This document shows, one piece after another, positions 21,560 to 35,156 of a DNA stretch of 64,000 bases. Where the stretch lies: assembly GCA_964234715.1 (NCBI GenBank), contig OZ174283.1. The stretch is one strand, 5' to 3'. The notes under the pieces were generated by a model. The model was not told where the DNA came from. It saw nothing but the letters and a program-made list of their open reading frames with translations, and did not search any database. The DNA is from Podarcis melisellensis (lineage: Eukaryota). A program made the position numbers and the translations under genes. Numbering within the stretch: the first letter of the stretch is position 1; each line of letters begins with the position of its first letter.

Positions 21560-22840
21560 TGTGATAAAATTCTCTTTAGGGATCCAATATGGAGGTCCAC
21601 ATCAAATTCCCAATTAGTCAGACTTTATTCATGATGCATTACCAGGCAGAGTCCAAAAGAGTCTGTAAAGGCATTTCCATTAACACACACCCTATATGGG
21701 AATGATATGCCATCTTACCTGTTGCATCCTCTAGCCAACCAGCTTCTGTCAACCCATCACCTCGCCATCTCTCATCCAACCATAGTCCTTGAAAACACTT
21801 ATTCAATCCAAGATTTTTGCTTGGATATGTGCAGAACCCACTTTGCATCTTATCTGGAGTTTTCCACTCTAACAGTTGTGGGATGTAATCCATTGGTGCA
21901 GTCAAATGCAACATTCCTTATTTCCCTAGAGTGGGCCAGTCAGTGTAACTTCCTGTTCCACTGGTCTGGAGCTTCCTCCCCCTGCATGTGTCCTGGAAGA
22001 TGGGTGTGGCTCTAGCTGACTCCATAAAAGAGCCGAGTCATGCAGCCATTTTCTCAGTCTTCACTTGCTGATCTCTTGTTGCTGTTCTTTTGCTGCCGTG
22101 CTCCCCTCCTGCAGCCATTTTGTTCTCTTAATGTAATTTTGCTGTCTGCTGGCTCTCAGCCAGCAGCACATGAGTTCAGTCTCCATATGAGATAAACTCA
22201 CAGTTTCTTTGTGTAACTATGAAGAAAAGTCTGCCTTTCAGGGATCAAATCATGAACTGAAATGGGAGTAAACTTTTTATTGCTTTACTCATAAAGACTC
22301 TTGTTTCTTTATTCTTTTAAGAGGAATCAAAAGGAGACAACAGGAAATAATCTTAACTAAGAGATTCAAACAAATCTGCAAACTAGCTTCCAGCTATATT
22401 GAGGGGAATTTGCTCTGCTACATCACTCACTAGCATGAGTGAAGAAAGGATAACACTTATTCAATACAGTGGTACCTCGGGTTAAGTACTTAATTGGTTC
22501 CGGAGGTCCACTCTTAACCGGAAACTGTTCTTAACCTGAAGACCACTTTAGCTAATGGGACCTCCTGCTGCTGCCGCCGCGCTGCCAGAGCAAGATTTCT
22601 GTTCTTATCTTGAAGCAAAGTTCTTAACGTGAGATACTATTTCTGGGTTAGCGGAGTCTGTAACCTGAAGTGTATGTAACCTGAAGTGTACGTAACCCAT
22701 GGTACCACTGTATATCCTTTCCTGCTATCCTTAACATTCCCACAATAGTCATTGTTAGGTTCCTCCTAAACTGGATCTTATGAAGTCCATGGTAAGGGTG
22801 CAATCCTGCATATGTGACATGGGTTTTGGAGGATTTCTAC
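21560..22840 (+). mobile_element. LTR-like insertion splitting the old L1
   Basis: Starts TGTGATAAAA where L1 homology stops, and homology resumes near 22841; CATAAAAG TATA-like box and CAGCCATTTT motifs at 22023-22120; 3' CA terminus and TSD degenerate. Confidence 0.5.
22467..22710 (+). mobile_element. pogo/Tigger-type MITE, family A
   Basis: TA-CAGTGGTACCTCGGGTTA ... TAACCCATGGTACCACTG-TA. Confidence 0.9.
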
Positions 22841-23330
22841 CAGAAATCCAACCACATATGGCTAAATGAACCTTTGGCCTTACATCTCCTTCAGCATAAT
22901 GAAAAGCTTTATAGTGTTTATATGACAGTTTGAGAGGTATACGATACCATTTTTCCTCCCCCCTCCCCGAAAAAAACCCCAACACATTATTTCCTTAGTG
23001 TGAGTGGCAGTTGATTTATTTATCCCGGGGGAAGCCTATTGAGTATCAACCGTGGTTAAATTCCAGTCCCTCTCCAATAACCTTTTAAGGCTATCTGCTG
23101 GATCCATATCCATTTGTATAAGGTGATTATAAAGCCTTGATACTAATCCTTTATCATTGTCTTCCGACTCCACCAGTATAGATCCAAACACTGTTTGGTT
23201 TCTGATAGCTTGCTCTCTTATATGTGGCTGTCTTAAGAAATGGCACATCTGATACCACAATGTTCATTTCTCTGATTTGAGTTCTCCACATATCCCACGG
23301 AACCAGCTGAGGTCTTATATGAAAACAACA
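22841..23330 (-). pseudogene. Old L1 ORF2 fragment, upstream continuation of 21196-21559
   Basis: KGLVSRLYNHL (cf. SKLISRMYNLL), KWYRIPLKL (cf. RWYMTPVKL), C*RRCKAKGSFSHMWL (CCHC region). Confidence 0.8.
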
Positions 23331-26300
23331 ACGACAACAAGCTTCTGAGCCATAATAGATTGGTTCATTCATTCATTCATTAATTCAAGTACCTCACTTT
23401 TAAATTGTCCTTCCTTTAGCTGAAAATCAGGCACCAGAGCTTTTTCTTTCTGGCTGTGAGTCTCGGAAGACCTGCTCCCTGCCTTGCAGGCCTTTTCCAC
23501 CTACCTTCAGAAGGTGGGGCTCCAACTGACTCCAGCTACAAAAGCTGAGGCTGACTCATGGGTATTGTTTCTGGGAAGGAAGTTGCTGCTGTTGATTTTT
23601 TATGACAGTTTTTAGATCTTATTTATTTCAGATCTTAATTTGGAAATTGTTTGGTTTGGTTGTGTACTTTTTGATGTGTTTTTTATTGTTTCCAACTACT
23701 TTTGTTATGTCTGTGATTGTGTAAAAAAAAAATTCATGTTGTAAGCTGCCTTGAGCATGGTTTTAGCTATGGAAAGACAACATACAAATAAAATAATGTA
23801 TGCATGTATGTTTTCTTCCCGATCTTGAAGTCCAAATTCTTTCATTGCTGCTCCTCTGCAAGATGCTATTCTCCCATTCAGCTTTGTCCTATCCGTGATT
23901 CTTGCACTGCGTAAGTAGTGACTGCAGCTATCAACTGTCCTAATCATTTTTATTTCTGCCTGCAAACCCAGGGCAAGCTTCCTCAATAAACCTTGGGTCA
24001 TGCTCTGAGACTTCTCACTCCAGTGAGTGTTTACTAACATTCATAAAAGCCCATAACCTCATTTTCGGAAGACACTATTTGTGCTATAGAGGGTGCAAGG
24101 AAGGCAATAAATTAAAAGGCTAGGCAATACTGGATTGGTAAAGATGCTCTTTTAAATCTGTGGTTCATATCCTTTTGGCTGGGAATATTTTTTTAATGTG
24201 TTCAGTTTGAAGGAGTGTATTTGAAGCTTTATCATTCTGAGGAAAATTGTAACCATAAATCCTTGTCAAATGGAGTATCAATGTTATCTTTTCAGTGAGA
24301 TTGAATCTGTGGGATGCTATTTTTAGCGTTCTTTCTGTAATGTTGAGACCCAGATCTTTCTGTCAGTTAGCACAGTAGTGTTTTTTGCAGTCCATTTGCC
24401 ATCTAGACAAGCAAGAGAAAGTCCCAACAGCCACAATGAGAAGCATAGAGGGCCAATTTTGCCCCATGGGATTGAGGTTCCCCACCTCTGCCCTATAGAA
24501 ATGTGGCTTAGCCATGGATGAGATCTTGCAAAATGAGCATGGTTGGGTTGGTCCCAAACCTTGAGTAATGTGTTTCAGCCTCCTTTATTATTCAATGGTA
24601 TTTCCAGGCAGCTCTTGTGCTGGTTGTTGTTGTTGTTGTTGTTTTGCCAATCCCAGAAAGTCCCAGCATGAAACACACCTGGGTAGAGAACTGGGTGGAA
24701 CAGTCTGTGTGAGTGGTTATGGTTTGAGTGGATCTGAAAGGCCACTAACAGTCTTAGGCTCAGAGGAACCAGCAATGAGAGACAGTGTGTGTGAAGCTGT
24801 GTTTATAATTTTACCAATCCAGTTATTTTAAGTTGTTTGATGTGTGCCACACTTCTCACACTGATAGCAGCTATTACTCGCCACTGTATGAACACATTTT
24901 CCCTTTGATTCTGAACTTCTTATGCCTGGTAATCTTTTACCTTTTAGCCTAACATTGGCTGCATTCTGTGCTAATTAGGCAAATAGATATGAGATGAAAT
25001 TGAGGATTGCAATAATGCCTGCTGATGTCACAGGACAAGTCTTCTTTTTCATGGGTAGATCCGTCATAGCAAACCATAGTTAAAAGCAGAAGTCGGCAAA
25101 TGTCGGCTTGGAAAACCTTGACATTCTCTGAAGCAATTCATGGGGGGAATAGTGGAGATTTTTCACCAGGTAAGAAGCTGACTGTTTCCTCAAGCCCAAA
25201 CTACTGTCTTCTTCTCATTCTTGGGGATGCTAATGAAATTCTCCCCCACTGAATTGCTCCCCAAGGAAATCAGCTTTCATATCTTTGCCAGCAGCAGAAT
25301 CATCCAGGAAGACAGACAGACTGATTAGGTATAACTGGATTCCACACCAGCCCATTTCATTCCTTTATCCTGTGGGTTTCTTAGCCTCGAGTTACACTTA
25401 GGCTTCCTCCAGCTTAACATGGAGAACTCACAAAGTGAATTCCGGAATTGGCACCTGAGCCATTATTGGTCATAGCTTTCGGTTCCTTCTGTTCATTTAA
25501 ATCTCCTTTTTATCCATCCAGGTGGTTAGTGCATGCAATCAGCTGCACACATTCATGGAACACAGGGCAAGAAAGAGTATCAATGCAGTTCTGACAACGC
25601 ACACAAAGAGTTGTGTGCATCAGTAGCTTGTATTGGGGCAGGGGAGGAAATGAACAAAAGAAATAGGGGGTGGTGACAAACCACTCTTTTCCACTGGCAT
25701 GTAGAAAGCCTGGAAATAAAAAGAAAAACATGAGAATGGTAGACTGCTAATTCAGCACTGCCAACACACCCACCCAAAGACCAGCTAAATCAGAACCCCA
25801 AAATATGGGGGGCACCAAGACATACAGGTGTAGGGTGTATTTATAGAAGATACTTGATTTCTCTCCCCAGTACTTTTGTCCACTATTTGATACATCCCTT
25901 GAGCCACAAGAATGCGGAATAAATAAAAATGTTAGGTTTTGAGCCAAAGGTCTGCAATTCAGCCCGAGAGCTTAACAACAAACAAACGTAAGTAGAAAAC
26001 CTTTCCCCAGCTTTGTCGAGCTGCCGAAATGCTTCTTCTGTGCCTAAATGATATTGACTGTTGTTCTTATTGAAGAGGAAATAAATATGTGCTGGGAACC
26101 ACTCAGACAACCATTCATCATTCCCTCATGCAAAAGATAGAAGCTTCACACACACCCAGCCCGGGATGCCAGAATACAAAATCCAATGGCAGCTACGGTA
26201 GCACAAAATCAATAGGCTGTATTAGAAAACTCAAAAGCTAATCAGAGCCCAATCTCCAGGCATGATGTACTCCCGCAGAATCATTGCTTCAGGACATAAC

Positions 26301-26701
26301 TCAATTCTCTCAACACCACCGACTGCAGCTTAATTCAAGCATTTAGGGGAAAATGAGAGTCTTTAAAATATACATTTTCTTCTTTATTGCTTCCGAGTGA
26401 AGCTTCGGTGCAGTACTGTAATGAATAATGATAACATACATTCTTAAAAACCGAAGCCAGCTCCGTCATTATGCCAAAATAGGATGAGGAGCCCTGCTGT
26501 GTAAGGCAATGAGACACGATTAGTAAACATCATCTCTCCTTTAAAAAGGGGGGAAGGAGGGGGGAAACCAAGAAAAGGGGGGTGGATATTGTTACTGATT
26601 AAGAATTCTGCTCATATCTTTAAAGGTAAAAGGGCCTCCTCTTGGTCGCTTTAATTTGCAAGAAATGTGGGTCAAGTTATCTTGCAGCCAGGATGTCAAT
26701 A

Positions 26702-26705
<4 letters not shown>

Positions 26706-26746
<41 letters not shown>
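26706..26746. repeat. (TA)n microsatellite
   Basis: Seen directly. Confidence 0.97.
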
Positions 26747-26748
<2 letters not shown>

Positions 26749-27164
26749 CCTAGATAAATGGAAATTGGTTGGGAAATGATGAGACTGGGGCATGGGGGAG
26801 TTCAGATTAATTAATAAAATTAGTTCTAGCCCTTTCAAAATGGAATAAATGTCTGCTATGCCACCATAAGAGAAATTGCTGTCAGAGTCAAGGATATTGG
26901 GAGAAACTAACCTCCTTTTTTGAGGCACAACACATCATCTGTACACTTGCAGTGCACATGTGCATATATGTGCAAACGCACGCACACAGAGAGAACTATC
27001 CTGTGGGTTTGTAAAAAAGATGGGTTGACCACCATTCTGCTTGCTTTTATGGGCTGGGGCAAGATTTGGTGTAATGGGTTTACCTTTTTTTTGTACCTGC
27101 ACAAATCGTTTCTACATTCCCTCCACAACTGGTTTCAATAGGAGGGATTTTTTATCCCTGTTCT

Positions 27165-27487
27165 CAGCTGCCCTGGATGGAGAGTCCAATCCTACAACCT
27201 ATTCAGCAAACCAAGACTGCACAACCAACATCCATTTGGGAGCTAGCTACTAGGGAACACAGGCACAGGAGAGTCAATCATAGATGTGGACTCCCCACTG
27301 GTGGAGGGAGCTTCCAATCCGGGGCCAGCTGCCCTGGATGGAGAGTTCAATCCTACAACCTATTCAGCAAACCAAGACTGCACAATCAACATCCATTTGG
27401 GAGCTAGCTACTAGATTTCCACAGGCACAGGAGAGTCAATCATAGATGTGGACTCCCCACTGGTGGAGGGAGCTTCCAATCTGGGGC
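27165..27487. repeat. 161-bp tandem duplication (2 copies)
   Basis: cagctgccctggatggagag... at 27165 and 27326; few differences. Confidence 0.95.
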
Positions 27488-27710
27488 CTCTGCCCAGTTC
27501 TAAACCACTTGGGCCCATAAATCTGGTGGTTAGGATTGCTCTGCTCCTCCTGATTTTTCTCCTCCCCCACCTCAGTTGACAGATATATTCACAGTGGCCA
27601 GATTATTAAACACCAGCTCAGCATTTTCCCACTTCACCTTAAAGGGATGGTGGAATCAGGTATGGCAGTTAGCAGTTGTAGAAAAGGTTAGGGAGTGTAA
27701 CAAACAACTT

Positions 27711-28053
27711 AAAGGTAAAGGGACCCCTGACCATTAGGTGGCTGACTCTGGAGTTGCGGTGCTCATCTCACTTTATTGGCTGAGGGAGCCGGAGTACAGC
27801 TTCTGGGTCATGTGGCCAGCATGACTAAGCCTCTTCTGGCAAACCAGAGCAGTGCACGGAAACACTGTTTACCTTCCCGTCAGAGCGGTACCTATTTATC
27901 TACTTGCACTTTGATGTGCTTGTGAACTGCTAGGTTGGCAGGAGCAGGGACCGAGCAACGGGAGCTCACCCCATCGCGGGGATTCGAACTGCCAACCTTC
28001 TGATCGGCAAGTCCTTGGCTCTGTGGTTTAACCCACAGCACCACCTGTGTCCC
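27711..28053 (-). mobile_element. Sauria SINE
   Basis: AAAGGTAAAGGGACCCCTGACC...GTCCC; TSD aaca[a/g]acaactt. Confidence 0.92.
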
Positions 28054-31000
28054 AACAGACAACTTAGAGGGGTTAAATCTAAAACATCATTCTCAGTTAC
28101 TTGGTAACTGTTTGTTGAATTTATTTTGAGACAACAGGAAGAAGTTGTTGTCTTCCTGATCTTCATTGCTCATTATAAACAAGCATTATACCTAGAGAGT
28201 TGCGGCCCCTTACAACAAATCTCGAGGGGGCTGAAGACACCTTGGCCCCCTAGAGTTGGTGCGCCATTTACGGACTCTGAACCAGTAGTGTATATGCTCA
28301 TGTGCAATGTAGCCAGGTTCATGTATTTTGTATGTTGAGAATGGCTGCCATGATTATCACACAAATAGAATAACTGCTTTGGTTACCATGTACTAGATGA
28401 AACTGCATAGCTTGATTAGCATTGCCGATTGTGGCTATGCTGTAAACTAATTCCCTGGTCATGTGTAATGCTTTACAGCTAAACTATTTTTTCATCATAC
28501 ATCCTCCTCTCCCAACTCAAGCCTCCAAGAGATATTAAACATTACACTGAGTAAACAAAAGCTAATTAAGCAATGCTTAAAAATGCCCCAGAGAGGAAGC
28601 GAGAAAGAGATGTACAGATCGTAGGCACAGTCTGTTTTTGGCAAGTATGTCTAATGTGACAGCACATTCAACCTACTCTGTGTCTGTATAGAATCCAGCA
28701 TCTGGCATGGCAATAATTACTAGACTTCACAACATTTCTTGGAAATTGTCCATATATTACACTCTATACAGTAGCAGGCCTTCTGGAAATACTGCAGTTT
28801 TTTCAGTACATCTCAACTCATCTCATTAATATTTACTTAACCTTCTAATGTCTGAAAATTGCATGTTTTTGCAATGACTTGAACACATTGTAGATTTGTT
28901 TCAGAGACTATCTAAAGGGGGGGGATCAATTATGTATGGTACTTTGTGTATAGACGGCAATATTATAAAGTGCTGGGATTATTTGAGGAAAAGAATTGGG
29001 AGTCTGTGGCTCTCCTGATGTTTGTGGACTACATTCTCCATCATTCCTGATCAGTGACCATGCTGGCTAAAGCTAATGGAGTCTATCAACATCTGGAGGG
29101 TCATAGGTTCCCCATCCCTGCTTTATCACACATTTTTCCTGTTCGCATTTAAACCACACCTCACGCTACCAACAAGTAAATTAGAATTCTGTTATTCCTA
29201 TTTTATAGACTAGAAGATGAGATTATGAGTCTGTAGCTTGCCCATGGACATACAGAGATTTGAACACATGTTTCCAAGAGAGGAATTCAATGACACTGTT
29301 CTTTGGATCATTAGCCCGAATCATGTGTTCAAAGACTTAAAGGTCTATGCTAGGGAGGGGATCAGAAATGCATGTGCTGGAGGTGTCCAGCCTGCATCCA
29401 CTCTATCTCATAGACAGACAGACAGACAGATGGATGATAGAGGAAAGATATATAAGAGGTTTAAATGATTGAAAGAGAAGGTATATGGATGTATATGAAT
29501 GGAGAGAGTGTATGTGTGTTGCTACATGGGTGGATGATTGTAAATGGGATGCTTGGTTGAGTGAAGGAAGGGTGTAGGTAACAGGATGAGTGGAATGGAA
29601 GTTGGATAGATGAATGTGAATGGATGGACAGCTACTGTACGAATGAGGTTTTCCTACCCACTTTTTGGCCCATTAACTATCAACTTGTGGTCCACAGCCA
29701 TCTCTCCTTGAGAGAATAAGGCCCTCAACTTCAAAAAATAAAATAAAATAAAATAAAGTCCCAACCTTTTTTCTAGATTAAAACAAAATATTCTGAACCT
29801 GAGTTGGGAATCTTTGATTCTCCTTATTCTTGGGAAATGGTGGAAATATTTTTGTTTTGTTTTGTCGAAATGAAAAAGTTCTGCCATTTTCTGAAAGTCT
29901 TCCCATCTCCACCTCCCTTTGACTGGGGACTGACTTGCTGACCCAATGCCTCCTTCTGTGTCTTTGCTGTGATTCTTGGTGCCTTTCTGCTCCTTCACTG
30001 CACTTTGTAACAGAATTGCATTTCTTTGTGCCTTGCTAAGGAAAGGGGAGAAAATGTTCTTTTCTATAGTCAGCTGCAGCCTCCAATTTATCACACAGAG
30101 CTCATTTCTACAGTGCAAAGAAAAACAGGGAGGCATATGTCTACTCTACTTGGTTCTGGAAAAAGAGATGTCTCTAAGACAGAGGTCCTCAGACTCTGAG
30201 GAAGTGTACTCAGCTATGTCAAATGGGGCTCAGTGTGTCTCTGGAGGTTTTTCAAGTAAAGGATTGCAACACCAGGGAGGGAGATTTTTGCCCTCATCCA
30301 GGGATGTCAATCAATGCAGCTGCAACAGCCCACAGCTATCCCTAACCATGTGGTTTGAACAAGAAAAAGGATACCCAGATTCTGATAAAACACAAACCTG
30401 TGGAAGGGTTCAAAATGGAATAATTACAAATTGAGCCGATTCTCATTAAAACACAGACTGAATGAATTTCTCTCCCATCACAAGTTCTGTCTAGTGCCAT
30501 GTTGAAACCTGACCTCCAAATTTCTAAACATTTTCTTTCCCTGTGAAAAACACTTCCCTTTACTGCCTCACTTCCAGGATGCTTCCACATTACTTTAGAA
30601 CTTTGGTGGGTGCAAGAATTAACTTACTTTACTGTTGTAATATGTCACCGGGTGGTGTTTGTGTTTTTCTTTCAATTAAACATTTGTCCATCACTCTGCA
30701 ATCTTAAACAGAGGAGTTACCTCTTGGCACCTTCAACCTGAAGGCTAGCTGTGAAGCACCTGAGACTGATTCAGCTGGAGAGGAAGAGGATTTAAAGAGA
30801 GTCTTTTCTTTTACCTTTAAAACGCATTTCTCCACACTGTTGCATTTAAAAGTAAAAAGACTTCAACAAAACAACATCCAGTTGTCAGGTGCATGGTAGG
30901 TCACACCCCTGATCTTACTGGAAATCCTAGCTGAGGACATAATGCATTGTTCAGAAAGGCTATAGAATGCAGTTGCGTAAGACGTCATGTTGATGACTTC

Positions 31001-32064
31001 TTCTTCAATTTATTATTTGTATCCTGTCCATCTGACTGGGTTGCCCCAGCCACTCTGGGTGGCTTTCAACAGAATACAAACACATGACACATGACAAATC
31101 CCAAACCCAACACAAAATCCAAATACCCTTATATTAGGGTCGGGTAACAATTGGTGGCAAAACCAAATGATTGGTTTCTACTGAGCCAAGTCAGATTTTG
31201 TCGACCTCTGTGTGGCAGAAAGATGGCTTATGTTCCCCTTGGTTGTCACTCTTCAAACCATATTCTTGGCCACCACAAGCCAATTATCTGTTGCAATACC
31301 TACAGAATTAAGTAATAGCTCGTACCTCCCCCCCCCCCCGTTAAAACTAGTTCAATTGACTTATTTGCTTCAGGTGTTTGAAGTTTTATAATTTGCTTTC
31401 TTCTTTTTTTTACTTATTCAGCTTCAATTTTAGTCAAAGGGCAGTTGTAAAGTATGGACCCACTTAAATAAATTAGCAAATGCAAATGAGGAATGGCAGG
31501 CTTTGATGTAGCAAATCTACTTATTCATGGAGATTATTCAACTAAGGGTTTTGTCTTCCACAGAATTAAACTGGCTGAAAATAATTTCTAAGTTTGCCAA
31601 CTCCAGCAAACTCTGTTGCTTTCTTAGGAACACCAAAAGCATGCAAGTTACAAAACAAAGCTGTGCCTCCCTCAGACATTATGGTACCTTCTAATTGCAA
31701 TGACAGTGGCAAGACCATGTAAAGATATATTTAGCAAGGATTTGTTTTACTCATATAAATGTTGGAGCTTGACACATTCAATGATTCCTGAAGTAAACCA
31801 AACAAACAGATTTGTCCTGTGATCCTGATAAGGAGATCCGCAGGCATAAAACAATATATGGGCATTATATAGAATGTGCATTCTGGTTTGCATCCAAATG
31901 TCAGTGTTCTCGGTATGTGCTTTATAACTTTCAAGGCAACACACTTTCTGAAGGAGCAGATCTGTAACTTGGGTACTTCTGGACACATCTTTGTCACTAG
32001 AGGTCCATATGCCCTGTGTGGCTAGGAGTGCCTGTTACCAGCTTCATCTAGTTTGCCACTGTAG

Positions 32065-32520
32065 TCCATGTAGTCCTCAAGGATAGTTTGTTGTAATGCA
32101 CTCCATGTGGGGCTGCCCTTGCGTCTGGTTTGGAACCTCCAGCTGGTGGAGAATGCAGTGGCCACACTGCTGATGGGAGCCACTGGTTGAGAACACGTGA
32201 TACCATTGTTAAAACAGTTGCACTATTTGCTCCTCCACTACCAAGCCCAGTTAAGGTTCTTGTAATAATTTACCACGCCTTGAACAACTTAGGTCCAGTG
32301 TACCTCAGGGATAACCTGAGCCCTTGTCCCAGCTCAATCACTGAGATCATCTGCAGGAGCTGTGTTGGTCATTCTACAAGTTGGTAAGGCTCATTTGACA
32401 ACAAGAAACTGAGCTTTTAGTGTCTTCAGCCCAGTCCTGTGGAACACTCTGCCAATAGAGATTCAACAGGGACCTTCTATGCCAGCTTTTGAATGTCTGC
32501 TGAAAACTTTACTATTCTAC
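32065..32520 (+). mobile_element. L2 LINE ORF2 3' fragment (degenerate)
   Basis: Encodes C-N-A-L-H-V-G-L-P-L..W-N-L-Q-L-V-E-N-A, matching the L2 'YCNALY.GLP..LQLVQNAAAR' motif. Confidence 0.75.
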
Positions 32521-33394
32521 CAGCCCTACAGGCAATTAAGAATGCATCTTTCCACAATGGCTAATTGATGTCTGTTGTTTTTTTTTAAAAAAATGTGCAT
32601 TTGAATGCACATTCCCTTTCATGTTCTGGTACAATTAGTCACATGTAAATACTTGTTTTGGTTGTTCACATGTTACTAGAGCTAAATTGGTTATTAATGT
32701 TGTTGTTTTTCCATTTCTTGGATTTCCATAGCTGGCTAACAAAAATTGAAAGTGGGATTTTCAGAAGATGACAGGGAAGTCTCTTCAACCACTTTAAAAC
32801 AACTATGTTGCATTTGGAAAACATGTTGCAGCCACATTCCCATTGGGCTTTTCTGTGACAAATTAGGCATGTCACCAGTTCACTGTTGCCACTCAAACAG
32901 CAGCAAAAAGCCTTGGTTGTTAAAGTTGAAATGCTTCTGCCACTTTATCGTCTAATGGGAAGCCTCCAGCCCCTGAAATTACTAGAATTTGCCCTATTCC
33001 CTGAAAGTCACTGAAAAGGCCCCCCCTTTCAGTTTTGATGGGGATGAATGGCCTCATGAAACTGTGTGTGGGAATACTTGACCCCGCTGTGAGATCAAGC
33101 CCCACAGCTGCCACTGCTGCATGGCTCTGCCACAACAAGTGCTCATAACCAGGACAATAAAAAACAAGAGAGACAGCTTCATTTCAGATGAGGATTGACT
33201 CAATTATGTTCATTGAGAAGAAGGGGAGTGATATCTCACCCCACTGAGTATTAGTGTCCATTCATCCTTCCTGGTTTTTCCTCACAGGGCTGCTTAGGCT
33301 GGCCTCAGAGGAATCCCAGCTGGATTCCTAAATTTCTCATGAAGCAGTTGTGAAATGGTGAACAGAAGCTGAATCCAGAACTACACATGTATGT

Positions 33395-33556
33395 GGGAAG
33401 GGCTGTAGGTCAGTAGTAAGTATCTGCTTTGACTACAGAAGGACCTAGGTTGAACCATGGCATTTCCAGGTGGGGCTGAGAGAGAGAGACTCTCTATCTG
33501 AAATACTAGAGAGCTACTGCTAGTCAGAGTGGACAATATTGAACTAAATGGTCTAA
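33395..33556 (+). mobile_element. Old tRNA-derived SINE with CR1-like 3' part
   Basis: gggaagggctgtag-tcagt..ctaggttgaacc A/B-box-like head; related copies at 44156-44305 (+) and ~8420-8600 (-). Confidence 0.6.
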
Positions 33557-33567
33557 TATTATTTTAT

Positions 33568-33749
33568 CCATTTACCTTCCCGCCAGAGCGGTACCTATTT
33601 ATCTACTTGCACTACTTTCGAACTACTAGGTTGGCAGGAGCAGGGACCAAGCAATGGGAGCTCACCCCATTGCGGGGATTCGAACCGCTGACCTTCTGAT
33701 CGGCAAGTCCTAAACTCTGTGGTTTAACCCACAGCGCCACCCGCGTCCC
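33568..33749 (-). mobile_element. Sauria SINE, 5' half only (3'-truncated)
   Basis: Runs from the GGGACGCGGGTGGCGCTG head to GGGAAGGTAAA only; 12-bp TSD atattattttat (33556-33567 / 33750-33761). Confidence 0.85.
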
Positions 33750-35156
33750 ATATTATTTTATTAATCACCTTCTAAACCACCGTCTCAAGTTGATTTACAT
33801 GTAAGAAAATCAAAAAGCAGTCCAAAAACACAAGTACATCAAATACAAGTGGACAGCTGTGGTAAAGGCTGTTTGATCCAGCTGGGAAAAGTCTGTTGGA
33901 ACAAATATGGCTTCAACTATTTCCAGCAAGTACGGATAGTGAGCTCCTGTCATATCTCATCAGGAATGTTATTCCACAGAACAGGGCAGCCTCCTGAAAA
34001 ACCTGCTCCGAGTGAGTGCAGAGGAGGCTTCTGAGAACTTTGGAATTTGTAGGAGAAACACTCCCACGGATGGAGCATTCTATTCAGTACTAGGAAGTGT
34101 GCAGCCTTTGTTTTCCTTCCATAGATATTTAGTTGCCACTAGGAGGGTTTTTAAAAAAAATCTTGTGCCATGAAAGTTCTAGAATTTAAGTGTTCATAGC
34201 TGTCTTCTTTCTTACCAGCTGCATAATGCATCCCACGAACAGGTTGTGGTCATGGTGATAACAGAATAGAAATAGAAAAATGTTGCACCTGACTAATGTT
34301 TTGTAACATCTCAGAAAGTGTTCTCTGTCTCTCTTAATCCTTTATCCATTGGGCATTGTTTGTCAGCTAACTGGTTAAGAGGTCTCTTACGGCGTCTCTT
34401 GTTCAAGATCTCCAGGGGCAACAGTGACAGAATCCTGTAGAAGAGCCTACAGGGCAGCCTTTGCCAACCTGGCACCCTCCAGCAGTTTTGGATCACAACT
34501 CCCATCAGCCCCAGACAACTGAGATGACTTGCTGAGCTGTAGATGGGGTGAGATTATGTAGTGGAGGGTGCAGTTGGTGTGTGTGCAACTCTGCTGGAGG
34601 TTGGACTAGATGGCATTTTGAGGTTTCTAAAATTTTGTGGTTGTCATAACGGCACATGGACTGTCTTGCTGAGGAAATCCTCCATCTTCCCGCATACCCA
34701 ACTCATGAGCTGCAAGAAATAGCAATGTGGAGAGACCTGTTTGGATGTGACTTGTTCTTTTGTTGGATTTTTCTAAGCACCAAATGCCTACTGCGTACCT
34801 CAGGCAATATTTCTAAAGCTTCCTGCTGCAGTTTTGAAGAGGGATTATAGTTGACACAAATTGTTTCAGCAAGCCATGCTGTATGCCCAGCTGTAGGTGT
34901 CATGACACACAAATAAGCCCAACCTGCCTCTGGAACATTCCGAAGATTTTGCTTCAAGGTAGAGAATAAGGATGAGGCCATGCCAGCCATGAGAGAACAT
35001 CAACCCATGTAGGAAAGCCCTCCAGATAACAATAAATACAAAGGATGAAATTCTGTGCACTCTTGAATCCCATTGACTTCGGTGGGGTCTCAATGATGTA
35101 TTGAACACATGGGGAAGTTGAAGCCTTCCAGATGTTGTTAAACTGAAACTCCCACT

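Noticed and set aside
29400-29640. Purine-rich GGAT/AGAC stretch
   Set aside because: Decayed simple repeat with no higher-order structure
29654-30434. 150-160 aa ORFs on both strands
   Set aside because: No recognisable domain or splice support; length compatible with chance
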